64,000 bases of DNA from Podarcis muralis (lineage: Eukaryota): NCBI RefSeq assembly GCF_964188315.1, contig NC_135661.1, forward strand, positions 52,638,001-52,702,000. Direction: 5' to 3'. A model generated the notes under the pieces. The model made no database searches and was not told the origin of the DNA. It saw only the letters and a program-made list of their open reading frames with translations. The position numbers and the translations under genes are program-made. This document shows positions 22,651-34,295 of the stretch, piece by piece; the first letter of the stretch is position 1; each line of letters starts with the position of its first letter.

Positions 22651-23296
22651 CGGTTTACAAAACTGGGGGCGGATGTGTGTCTGTTTTGGATTATTTAATC
22701 CGGAATAAATGCACTCATCAAAGCAGGTCAGGTTTGTCCTGATCGGTAAAAACCTGGAAAAGAGAAACGGAGAAGTGTTCGTTTTGCTTCGGCAATAAAA
22801 ATCAATGCCACCACTTCGAAGTATTATTTAGCAGGTATATAGAGAGGTATGGAGAGAACGGTGTGATAGACTTGCCCCAAGTGATTCCTCTCTTCTCCCA
22901 TTCCTCGATCACCCAGAATTTAGACATCCTGACAAGTACGGTATATCCTGTTCCATGAATGGGAGGGTAATGGGCTGCATAGATTATGAAGCATTCTTCC
23001 AAGTGGCAGTGCGAGATCAGAAAAAAAGATACTGGGGGGGAAGCTAATACCAATAAGGCAGACTTGTTTCAAATAATGCAGATCTGATTGCAGGTAGAAT
23101 GCAAAGGAGAAGGCATTGGGACTCTGGCAACAGTTGGATCCTTCTGTTATAGGTCCCCAAATATGTACTGTCTTCTGCTTAATATAAGCCATTATTAGAC
23201 TTGGTTATGAGGATACACAATATTTACATGAGCCTGGGAAAACGACCTTAAGAGAAGCATCGAAGAAGCACAATGAGATCAATTATGGGTTAAGCC

Positions 23297-23454
23297 CAGT
23301 GGCGTAGCGTGGGTTGTCAGCACCCGGGGCAAGGCAAGTAATTTGCGCCCCCTAACCCGTGGATTTGCGCCCCCTAACCTGTGGATTTGCCCTAACCCCA
23401 GATGTTGCGCCCGGTGCGGCCGGCACCCCCTGCACCCCCCACACTACGCCACTG
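23297..23454. mobile_element. hAT MITE in the TRADD 5' intron
   Basis: TIR CAGTGGCGTAG / CTACGCCACTG, perfect TSD GTTAAGCC, CpGs intact. Confidence 0.85.
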
Positions 23455-23838
23455 GTTAAGCCCCCTATGGAGTCTGTTTTGGCACGAGTCCAGGAAGCCA
23501 CCCTTAAAATAATTGTGTGATAGCACTGGACTCCCCAAAGGTTTTCTCGTATTATTTATTTGATTGATTGATTGATTGATTGATTACAACAACCCTGTGA
23601 GGTAGGTTAGGCTAATACTGTAGATGGTAACTGGCCCTAGGTCACCCAGTGAGCTTTATGACTGAGTGAGGATTTGACCCCTAGTATGAATCTCACATCC
23701 ATTTGTTTTAAAAGTTTGATTTTTATATGAATTGTTTATATTATTTTATGTAGCGATCTTTGTGGATTGAGTGCTATATAAATCTTGTTAAATAAAAAAA
23801 GTCAACAAATTCTTTCATTTCATTTTGAAGACAGAAAG

Positions 23839-23980
23839 ATGGGAGATGTCTCTGATGTTTGGGTGGGAAGCGCCTACCTGTTTGTGCAGTCAACATCGGA
23901 AAATGTCCTCCTTCCTGTGATGTATGGAGACCCAAAGCAGAAGCCCTGCGTGTTCAAAGCACTCAAGTTGGCACTAGCGG
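23839..23980 (+). CDS. TRADD: TNFR1-associated death domain protein, coding exon 1
   Basis: MGDVSDVWVGSAYLFVQSTSENVLLPVMYGDPKQKPCVFKALKLALA + G|GTATGT. Matches the human N-terminal WVGSAYLFVES motif. Confidence 0.92.
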
Positions 23981-25169
23981 GTATGTATTCTGTGTAGCCA
24001 TTAGTGCCCCAAGACAGCAACTCATTGAGAACACCATCATTTGCCTGTTGTCACTCAGCATCCCTATGCCTGAGCTGCTCTTGGAACTTAAGCTTCTCCC
24101 AAGTCCACATCTTTGCAAGCTGGTGAGTCAGACCATTGGGCTCAGTACTGACTACTCTGACTGACAACAGCTCTCCAGGGTCCCAGACCTGGAGATGCCA
24201 GAGATGGAACTCGGGATGTTCTGCATGCCAAGCAGGTGCTCTGCTTCTGAGCTACAACGTTGGCCCTAAAGATAAAGGGAGATTCCAGTCCTGGTTTAAA
24301 CCATCTAGGAAACCATCTTATACTGAGTCAGACTATTGGACCTCCTAGCTTAGTATTGTCTGCAAAGACAGGCAGCAGTTCTCCAGGGCTTCAGGTGCAG
24401 GTCTTCTCTAGCCCTTCCTGGGACCTTCTGCATTCAAAGCAGATGCTCCGCCAAAATGCTCGAGTCCTTCCCCAAATATTGCATACTACCCTGCAGTTCT
24501 AGAACACAGCAATTTGTCTTCCACACCTTGTTTGCTAAGAGACTTCCACTCATTGGAACTCTCCGGGGAAGTCTCTTTCCCAGCCTGTAGAATTTACAGG
24601 CCCAGAAGGTTTAAGTCCTCTCCTTTACTTTAGTCATAAAGATAATAATAAGTGGAACATAGAGAGGCTTCTGTCTGCACTGTATCTTGCAGCATCACTT
24701 TAGGTCTTCTTGTAAATGTGCTATTTTTCCTCTCTGTGTGTTTGTTTGCTTGTTTTCTGGAAGATTATACAAAATTTATTTAATTTATAGAATTATTATT
24801 AATTATTATTATTTATACCCCACCCATCTGGCTGGGTTTCCCCAGCCACTCTGGGCGGCTTAAAACCGAATATTAAAAAAAAATACAGCCTCAAACATTA
24901 AAAACTTACCTAAACAGTTGTCTTTTAATAGTAAAATAGTTGCTTATTGCCTTGGCATCTGCTGCTCTTCCTCCCAAAAGGGAGCCCAAGATGACTTAAC
25001 AGCATAAAACACAACTGAAAAATATAAATCTGCAGAGCTGCTGCCATTCAGTGTATAAGGTACAGAGCTTGATAACCCAATGGTCTGACAGCACAAAGTG
25101 GCTTCTTGTCTTTGGTAAGTGGAAAACCCGACAGCCACCGCTAACTTTCCTCCCCGCTCTCTTCCCCAG

Positions 25170-25450
25170 ATTCAACGGGTAGCCTCAACGGGGTAGATGT
25201 GCTGAAGGTCCATTGCAGCGACCCTCACCTGATAATCCAGCTCAAATTCTGCAAGGAAGAGAACTGCCGGAGATTCCTGCAAAGCTATCGTGAAGGACAC
25301 CTCCAAGACTCCCTCCAGAATCACCTCAAACTTTCCTTGTCCATGTCCACCTTAGTCCCTGTCCAGATGGAGCTGAAAACTGGCACCGAGAAGCTGGACG
25401 CCATGATCCGGGAGGAGGAGCGGTGCCTTGAGTGCATCTACCATGAAAAG
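25170..25450 (+). CDS. TRADD: TRADD coding exon 2 (TRAF2-binding N domain)
   Basis: Acceptor cttccccAG. Reads DSTGSLNGVDVLKVHCSDPHLIIQLKFC...EEERCLECIYHEK|GTGCGA. Phase 1 in, phase 0 out. Confidence 0.93.
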
Positions 25451-26827
25451 GTGCGAGCGAGAGAAATGCTGGGCTGCGTGGGTGGCTATATGGCAGGACC
25501 CTGGAACCTTTGAGTGAGCCGGATTGTTACTTGTCCCTGTGGGCCAACTTTGACAGGTGTGCAGGACAGTCAATCACCTGACATTGTTTTGATGTCCAAT
25601 ACATGACAGGTGGATTGACTTACCCACCAAACGAAGTCTCTTGTCCAGAGCTTTCCCAAGAACCTGAGAGCCAGCTGGGCACTTGGGAACCTCAGCGCAA
25701 GGGGCGTGGCCAGGCCTGTGCTCATCAAAAGGTTGAACACAGGGCATCACGAATGACGTCCCATGTGGGACAGGCGGGAGTAGTTTGGGAGAAGCAGTCT
25801 TGTGGACCCAATTGGGACTTGTGCTGCACCCAGTTTGGTCTGCCGGCCAAAGCTTCCCAACTCCTGCTATTTAGCGTCCAAATTAGAGAATTACGAGGAA
25901 AATTCAGCATGCGAACCGTCCGAGCTTTGAGTCAAGGAAAGCTGGATTCTGCAGCTTGGGCAAATGTGCCCACTTTTCTTTGACTCAATATGTCTTTATG
26001 GTTCTTTCTGAGAAAAGGCAAGGAACAATGTGGGGCATTGAAGCCCCATCTTTTCCCACCCCACAAGCCCTGCAATTCTTCACAGATCTCAGCAGGCATT
26101 GCTCATCCACTTTGAACTCTGTTTTTTAACAAGTAGGAGTAGAATTATTATTATTATTATTTAAGTGACAGCTTACCTTCTCAGGGAACTGAGTTGGCCC
26201 ACAACTCACACTCACTTTACATACACGAGTGAAAGCTTATGCAGGTGGAGGGGTGAAATAAATAAATGAAGAGTGTGGAAAACCTGCTGTTCCCTGCTCT
26301 CCATTGATTTGCTTTTTTCTGCCCACACACTCATTGGGTTTTCCTTGCTTACTAATCTTTGGGGAGGTTACAGACTGGTGCGGAGAGCACCCCAGGGCCC
26401 TCCCGCAACCTTCCCAGAGCCCAGTAAGCAGCCCAAATATATATATTTGGCAGCATACCTGAATGTAGGATCTAACACAGTAGACATCATGGATGCTGAC
26501 TTTTTAATAGGCCATATTACTGAACCAGCTATTTTGCAGGTAAAATTAATGGGGCAGATGATTTGTGGTTTTTTGGTATGTTACTTATTGTATTTAATAT
26601 GTTTATATCTTGCCTTCCTCCAGGGAGCTCAAGTCAGTGTATATGGTTCTCTCTCCCTCCCCATTTTATCGTCACAACAACCCTATGAGGTAGACTAGGT
26701 TGGGAGGCAGTGACTGGCCCAGGGTCACTCAGTGAGCTTCCTCACCAAGTGGGGATTTGAGGCCTGGTCTCCCAGGTTCTAGCCCAGCATTTTTTAACCA
26801 CTATACTACATTGGTTCTCCATTTCAG

Positions 26828-27074
26828 CCTAACCGTCTCAGGGATGAAGAGATCACAGAGCTGGAGGAATCTCTCAGGAACTGTTCCTTTCTGGACAAGA
26901 TTGACAACACGGGTCCTTCTTTGAATTCTTCACCTGCATCTTTGAATTCTTCACCTCCATCTTTGAATTCTCCACCTCCGTCTTTGAATTCTTTGCCTCC
27001 ATCTTACAGTTCTGTGGAGATCTCAGGGTCTCTGCCAAAGGGAGACACCTTCACTTTCCAGGGCCAGCAGTTCG
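26828..27074 (+). CDS. TRADD: TRADD coding exon 3 (linker with tandem repeat)
   Basis: Acceptor atttcAG. Reads PNRLRDEEITELEESLRN...DTFTFQGQQF + G|GTAAGT. Matches human PDRLRDEELAELEDALRN and TFLFQGQ. Confidence 0.92.
26918..27001 (+). repeat. Coding minisatellite, 4 x 21 bp, in TRADD exon 3
   Basis: TCTTTGAATTCTTCACCTGCA / ...TTCACCTCCA / ...TCCACCTCCG / ...TTTGCCTCCA, encoding SLNSSPA SLNSSPP SLNSPPP SLNSLPP. Confidence 0.95.
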
Positions 27075-28276
27075 GTAAGTGTTTCCAAGAGGAAATTGGG
27101 AGAACTTGATCACTTTGAATAAGAACTGGTTACAAGACAAAAAAAAATTAAACAGGTGTGCACTGAAAGGAGAGAGCTGGACAAATTTGTCTATGTCATC
27201 TCAAGGAAAACTCTGAAAACATGGTGTTATTTTGCAACAGGACTGTTTACTGTTTATAGTTTCGTATTGTAAAGTTTCTGAAGGGGAAGAAAAAGATCAG
27301 AAGAGTCGGGATAGTAGGAGAGTTGTCGAGCCAGAAATCACACAAGGAGCACTTGCAAGGTTAGATGTTGTTTGAGCACTGGTTAGGTTTCATCTGAGCA
27401 GCTTCAAGAGTTGATGTTGCTGCCTCACCCTTCCCTGAGCTTTCATTGGGGTCCTGTTCTGGAACAGCAGCTGAGGAGTCAGGTGTCCTCCTCATGGATA
27501 GGGCTTAAGGAGAGTTCTGCTGCTGGATGGACACCACACCCAGCTATCGCTTCCATTCAGCCTTGCTCTCGGTGGTGATTTTGGTGGCTCAGGAATGAGG
27601 GGATGAGGCCAGCAGTTGAGGCTGCTCTGTTAAGGCAAATGGGGCACTTCCCAACCAACCTCAGCCTGCTCTCAGCCAGCCTCCACCTGCCTGCCTGCCC
27701 CTGGACTTACAACCAGTACTAGAGAGTGACCTCAGTTGCCAGCTTTGACTTCCTGAGTCTCAGTTTTGCCCTTGGTAAACACCGCAGGAGGAAGGATTGA
27801 GACAAAGCTCAGATTAGTTGGCTCTGCCTGCCATTGGCCCTGGCTCTGCCTACTATTCACCTCCCTGCTTTCTGTCCCAACAGTCCCAATGAGCATCAGC
27901 CACCACTGGAAACCAGTCAGGGCATATTGTGTTCCTCCAAGCTTTCAGTCTCTCTGAGTGGGATATTCTCCCAGGCAGTGGTCTTGGGAGGCTTTTTGGT
28001 CAGTAGTAGGGTCAACAGCATCCTCCTCCTCTACCTCAGAAGTCTCATGCAGTCCAGGGCTGGTCCTGGCAAGCAGGTAGTGAGATGTGTCCCGTTTCCA
28101 CATATTGGGAGGGTTGGATCCAGAGCTCTCCATATTTAGAGCAGTCCCATTAAAAGTAATGAACCCATTGACTAACATCAGTCCATTCATTTGGATGCAA
28201 CCCTAATTTTTTGTTTTGTACGGAACGATGTGTCACCGATGAGTTAAGATTTGTTTTTTGTTGTTCCCTTCCCAAG

Positions 28277-28584
28277 CCAACAGAAAAATCTCTCCAGACG
28301 ACCACCAGACGTTTGCCAAACTCGTGTCCAAGAAGTGGAAGCAGGTGGGCCGGTCTCTGCAGGTCAACTGTCGGGCCCTTCGGGATCCTGTCATCGACAA
28401 CTTGGCCATAGAGTACGACCGGGAGGGCCTCTATGAGCAAGCGTACCAGCTTCTCCGCAGGTTCATTGACTCAGAAGGCAAGAGAGCCACCATAGAAAGA
28501 CTGGTCGCCGCCCTGGAGGAGAATGGCCTCATCAGCTTGGCTGAGGAGCTTCTGAGTGTCCACCAGAATGACAAAACATTGTAA
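28277..28584 (+). CDS. TRADD: TRADD last coding exon (death domain)
   Basis: Acceptor ttcccaAG. Reads [29 protein letters not shown]...[14 protein letters not shown]...[16 protein letters not shown]-stop, a typical TRADD death domain. Confidence 0.95.
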
Positions 28585-29648
28585 GAGGACATGGGGGGGG
28601 GCAGTCCTCCCTTGAGACTACAAGCTGCAGGGCCAGTGACACTGCACACTCATGTGCCTTTCTACATCTCTTGACTGCTCTGTAGCCATTTGATGCCAGA
28701 CCAGCTGTGGCCCTTGCCACTGGCAGAACCCCGAGAATAACCAGCACAGGACTGAGGCTGAAAGTCAGTGCACTACTTCAGTGCTGAAATATGGGTGGTC
28801 TTGGGAAACATCTTTCATCTTACAGTAGCATCTGGACAAAGGCCTCAGCGGTTTCAGAATATCTCAGCAATGTAATAGCAGGAAAAGGAAACGATGTGAG
28901 ACTTTCAGGAACGGTCTAAATAACTGGCTAGGCTGTGCCTGAGTAAAGGTAGTTCTCAGCACTTACTGACTGTAGCATCAAATAATGACGTTATATGGAA
29001 ATGCGCATACAAAAGCGAGCTATCCTCAGATTAATGATCTGGCTAGGACAGTCATATTGTCCAAAGTCAACTTTAAAAAGTGGTACTTTCCAATGCAGCC
29101 AGTTCACACAATGGGTTGCAAATCATTGGCATAACTTAATCTAGCATGCAGTTGAATGTGTGAACTGACTGTTATTAGAAATAGAGGCTAGGGAAAGGGG
29201 GGGGGGTTGGGTGGCAAGGGGTATTAGATCTGCAATGACCTATTCATTCCTACAAGCCCCACTTGATGCTGCAGTCAGCAGAGTTGAAACTGCATGTGTG
29301 AGCCAGCGCTAGGTGGCATTTCCATGAACAGACTGCACCAGCATTTTACACCTTTTATGGAGTTATTCTTGAGTGTCATGCTAACTGTGCTGCTGTGATG
29401 CTTACTTACAGGAGCATGTTGTCTGCGTTTCCTTGCACAGAGGCTCCACCTCAGTGACATTATTGTATCCCAGATTCTCTTCCAGGAAGGAACAGTAGGC
29501 TCTCTCTTGTCTCATTGTTTGCTTTCAGTCTTATGGCTGTGTCTGCTTTAGCACCATTTCCCCCAGAAAATGAGACATGGCTGGGTTGGTAGCTGTCCAT
29601 GGTTCATGATGAAAGCTATCTCCCTTGGATCCTCCACATATTTATAGA

Positions 29649-29852
29649 TGCCTGTTTCACACGTAATGTTAAGCCACTGTTTATCAACCATAGTATATTC
29701 AATCGCGGCATAGCATTATGTGAAAATCCTGCCTTCCAGCTTAATTATGGTTTGTTCACTGCCAACAAACCACAGTCTGAAGCCATGGTTTATTGTTTGC
29801 TTATGAACCTTGGTTTGTTTTAACTATGGCTTAGTGTTATGTGTGAACCTAG
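29649..29852. mobile_element. Older MITE with AACCATGGTT-type internal motifs
   Basis: About 27-bp imperfect TIRs (ttcacacgtaatgttaagcca / tggcttagtgttatgtgtgaa). Related degenerate pieces near 57630-57860, 58780-59130, 60790-60870 and 61580-61700. Confidence 0.55.
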
Positions 29853-30750
29853 CACCCTTGTTTAACTATGGTATGTTTGAACACCCCATCACAGACATTT
29901 AGTAAGCTACAAATGCACAAGGCAAGAGCAACTGGAAAACAAATCAAGCTTTTGAAAAACAAGCCATGGTGACTGTCTGTGGGATAACTTGTGGTTAACT
30001 CTTGGTTTGTTAAAGAAAGCATGGTTTAAACAAAGCATTATGTGCAAACCAGTCCAACAATTGCTTAGAGCAAGGGAAGGGAACCTTAGATCTGGCGGCC
30101 CACTTTTCATGTACTATCTTACTGGCACAGGTGAAAGTGTCATTGTTTGTGTGGGCATCATTGTCAAAAGATGGACAATGTATGAGATTCACGAATACCT
30201 GTAGCTACACAAAGGGAGCTGTTCCAAGAGCAGATACGAGGGCTAGATTATCAGAGGATGCACAAAGCAACCTTGCTAGTGCTAAGAATGTCTGGGTCTA
30301 GTCATTTGACATTCCATTCTGCTTTTGGCACAATCTGGTATAGCATACAAATGAAGGAATGGTTAGTGCCCTGAATCTGTGAATCAGAACATGGGAAGAT
30401 GTCTTGTACTGAGTCAGAACCTTGGTCCATTTAGATCAGGATTGTCTCCATCAGTTGTCAGAAGTTCTCAAGAGTTTCAGACAGAAGCCTTTCTCAGCCA
30501 TCCCTGGCAATGTCAGAGACCTTTCCCCCTGCTACTGGCCCTTCTCTACGGGTATAAACATCATTTAAAAAACCTATCACCTTTATCATTATTTACTGGC
30601 GTCTTCAGTTTTTTACAAATACATACGCAAAACAAAAACTCAACAAAGACAAGTGGTGCGTATCATTTGGGCATAAAGGCAATTGACTAAAAGGAGAGCA
30701 TCATTCTGTAGAGTCAGCTTGGCTTCATTAAAGACACAATACCTCTAGAC

Positions 30751-30827
30751 CAGAGGTTCTTCTTGCTAGCTAGGGGTGATGGAAGTTTTAGTTCAACATC
30801 TGGGGACCTACAGGTTGAGAAAGGCTG
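30751..30827. mobile_element. Internally deleted hAT MITE remnant
   Basis: 8-bp direct repeat CTCTAGAC on both sides, with CAG...CTG ends. Confidence 0.55.
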
Positions 30828-31736
30828 CTCTAGACCATAGGTATTGTGGTAATGTGTTTCCAAAACTGTCTGCGGGTCTGGCAGTACAAGGGTCCCTCCT
30901 GCCTTGCCCGGTTACAAATGTTATAAAGGGAACACATGTGTTTACGAAGGTATTCACTGCCTGTGTCCTGAACCACTCAATTCTGCTGCATTAATTTCTC
31001 TGGAAGATGGTCTGCACTTTGGGTAGAACTGAAAATCTAGTGCATTATGGGAAATGGTACAATTAAAAAAAACAATAAAATTGCCCAACGTAAAGTGATT
31101 TCCTCCAAGCAATGGGAGCAGCGCTAGAGCTTTTCCATGATGGAAGTTTGCAAGGCAGCCAAATGGGATTTTCCCCAGTGTATGCGTCTCCCTCATCCAG
31201 CCAATGATCTTTAGCTTCAGCAAAATTGCTTCACCATGTGGAAGAGTAATCCTAACTCAGGGGAAAATATTGATAAATTAGAACACAATTGGTACAGGCT
31301 GATATTTTTGCAAAGTGTATTTTTACCACTTTTGTATTGCCTTGTTTTCTGCACAGTAGGTTTTCTACACAATACTCTCTTCTGATAGACACTGATTTTT
31401 AATGCCATGATTTGTATCTTTTGAGAATCCCGCTTTTATATAGCAGCACTTTCCTCAATTTGTGTCTTGACAATCTTCGAATTGTGTCTCTCCCCACCTT
31501 GTTGTGGCTTTCATTTTTAAAGACATGCAAGATCAGGCAACAATCAAATAAACATGCTGCTCAATGTTTAAAAGGGAATGCACCCGTGGAGATACCTCTC
31601 GGGAATTTGTTGGAGTCCAAAAGAGAGTTTCATGTTTTTAAATAGTTTTAGCAGCGTTTGAAAGTTTGGAGCAGACTCAAGCTGGCCGTGGGAAGACGAC
31701 TTTGGTCCAAGATGAGCAAAAGGATTTACTGACATG

Positions 31737-31738
<2 letters not shown>

Positions 31739-31782
<44 letters not shown>

Positions 31783-31799
31783 AGAGAGAGAGAGAGAGA
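31739..31799. repeat. Compound (GT)n(GA)n microsatellite
   Basis: Read directly. Other microsatellites: (GA)n 6329-6360, (CA)n 7561-7583 and 41359-41397, (TAAA)n 54697-54735. Confidence 0.95.
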
Positions 31800-32432
31800 C
31801 CCCTAGGGACTGCTGGCCTTGCTCACATTGCTCGCCAACCTCATCTAGATTAAGACAATTGTAGCAAAATATAAGGCAGTACAGAAGGCAGTTTCAAACT
31901 GGCAATGATAGTCAGATAACGCCTGGGCAAAAAGGGAAGTTTTTCGTAGATGGTGGAAATACACCATTATTTGGCACCCACCCTAGTCATCCATAAGACT
32001 ACGTGCTTTGACCTGCCCTAGTACTAGGAGGGGCCAATCTGCCCATTGCAGTTTCCTTCACTTTCTTGCTACCTGGTTTCAACATAAAATGGTTGGTGGA
32101 ACAGACACTTTAAGCAGTTCTTCCCATTTCCTGAGTTCCCCCTTGCAACATCAGCATGCCAGAGCAAGAAGATGCTCCTGGGCAAGGAAGACGTGCCCAG
32201 ATTTTGGTGGGCTGGTGGGGTACCTTAAGCAAGTACATGGGCTGGAAGCAGCCTGTGAGTTTGCCTGCTGTGATGAACTACAGACCACTGAAAAAAAGGA
32301 GGAGGAAAAAGCAGACTCTGGGATGGGAAAATCTTTTCTATTTTGGTTTCTTGTTTTTCAGACCTTCCCACATTTCTATTATCAGTTTGTGATTTATTTA
32401 TTTTTAAGTCCTCATGAAAATTTCTCCTAATA

Positions 32433-32656
32433 CAGTGGTACCTCGGATTAAGTACTTAATTCGTTCCGGAGGTCTGTTCCTAACCTGAAACTGTTCTTAA
32501 CCTGAAGCACCACTTTAGCTAATGGGGCCTCCCGAGCACGATTTCTGTTCTCATCCTGAAGCAAAGTTCTTAACCCGAGGTACTATTTCTGGGTTAGCAG
32601 AGTCTGTAACCTTAAGCGTATGTAACCTGAAGCGTGTGTAACCCGAGGTACCACTG
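32433..32656. mobile_element. Tc1/mariner MITE
   Basis: CAGTGGTACCTC / GAGGTACCACTG TIRs with TA TSD. Confidence 0.85.
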
Positions 32657-34054
32657 TATACTGATTTCGGTATGCAATTTTGCTTAATATAATGCATCTT
32701 TGTATGTTATTTCCACCAGTCTATGCACACTTCACCCTTGCATGTCCATTTTCTGGACACATTACTTGGCTGGAAAAGTGCCTTGCCAAACTCTGAGAAA
32801 TGTGAATTTTGAAGGATTCAAAATCCAGTTCATGTATCATTTTGGAAGGTAGAAATTAGGTAAGTCCATGCAAACTACATCACATTTTGTCCTCAGTGTG
32901 AGGTCAGTAAACTAACCAACGTCCCCCAAATCCCAATGGCTATTGAAGAATGAACTTGTTGGAACGACACTTTGCAACGCTAGTCATTTCCTCTTTTACA
33001 AGGAGCTAACTTTATTGGAGTGTAACATGATGGCGCTCAGTCTGACCAGATTTCATGAGGCAATCTGTCGTTGTGTGAACACACACAGACATGGGCCCTT
33101 CGCATGTGCAGCCAACTCTTCTCCGCCTCCCGCCCCCTCCCTGCTGTTGGCATGCATCTGAAGCAGGAGACTCCAGAGCTCTCCTGACTCTTTTTGGACA
33201 GAAACATCTGCTCAGGTCATGTGACCAGCACTTGGAGGCCAGCTGAGCTCCGTTTCTCAACACACCACTGAGGGGGCTCTCTTGCCAGCACAGACACACA
33301 CCGAGAGAGACAGGGTTTGGAGAGAAGACATGGGGAGAGGAGGAGGACCCAGCCATGTTTGCACACAATCCGGGTGCTTCTCCTGAAAATGTATGGGAAG
33401 GCAAGAGAGCCAGGATTGCTTAACTCAGCTAGGATTTCCTGGGCTATATGATCAGAGGCTGCGGAATGCCAGAGCTAATCGGATCCAGATGTGCCTACTT
33501 GGCAACCTTTTACCCAAACGTTACCGAAGGGAGATGCAATGCTACTGACAAGATTGCACTGGATGTAAGTACCAAGGCTTTCGGTTTTTTCAGGGAGCGT
33601 TCTGCACGGACCCATTTGCAAACAGGAGCTGGCCTGCCCTCCAGCTTTAACCTAAACCTCTCCCCACCCTCCCTGCGCCTGCGTTAGATTCCTCATTGCC
33701 ATTCACAAGCAGCAAATGAGCTCTCCTCCTCCCCAGTCTGCACATCTGGCTCGCTCACTGCAAGAGGCATACCTTACCTGTGTCGGCTAGACGGGGAGAC
33801 TGTGCAAATGCTGCAGTTAATATATAGGGAGGGGAGAAAGTTTGTGCATGCGGCTTTTGTTGAGATCCTCCTGCACAGATTTTCCATTGGGGGAAAAAAG
33901 AAGAGCCAAGGTTGGTGGCTAAGCACATGCTCTGTCTGCGTGGCAAGATTCCAGAGTCAATCCCTGGGAAAAGACCCCCTTTCTGAGATTCTGGAGAGCC
34001 ACTGGCAGTCAATATATTATTGAGCTGCATGGGCCAGCTTCCTCCTGCTATATA

Positions 34055-34295
34055 CAGTGGTACCTTGGGTTACATATGCTTCAGGTTACATACGCTTCAG
34101 GTTACGGACTCTGCTAACCCAGAAATAGTGCTTCAGATTAAGAACTTTGCTTCAGGATAAGAACAGAAATCGTGCTTCGGCGGCACGGTGGCAGCAGGAG
34201 GCCCATTAGCTAAAGTGGTGTTTCAGGTTAAGAACAGTTTCAGGTTAAGAATGGACCTCCGGAACGAATTAAGTACTTAACCTGAGGTACCACTG
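34055..34295. mobile_element. Tc1/mariner MITE (opposite orientation to 32433)
   Basis: CAGTGGTACCT / AGGTACCACTG TIRs with TA TSD. Confidence 0.85.

Noticed and set aside
27268-28177. Possible LTR-like block in TRADD intron 3 with an acidic minus-strand ORF
   Set aside because: TG...CA ends can be found, but there is no matching TSD or recognisable domain.
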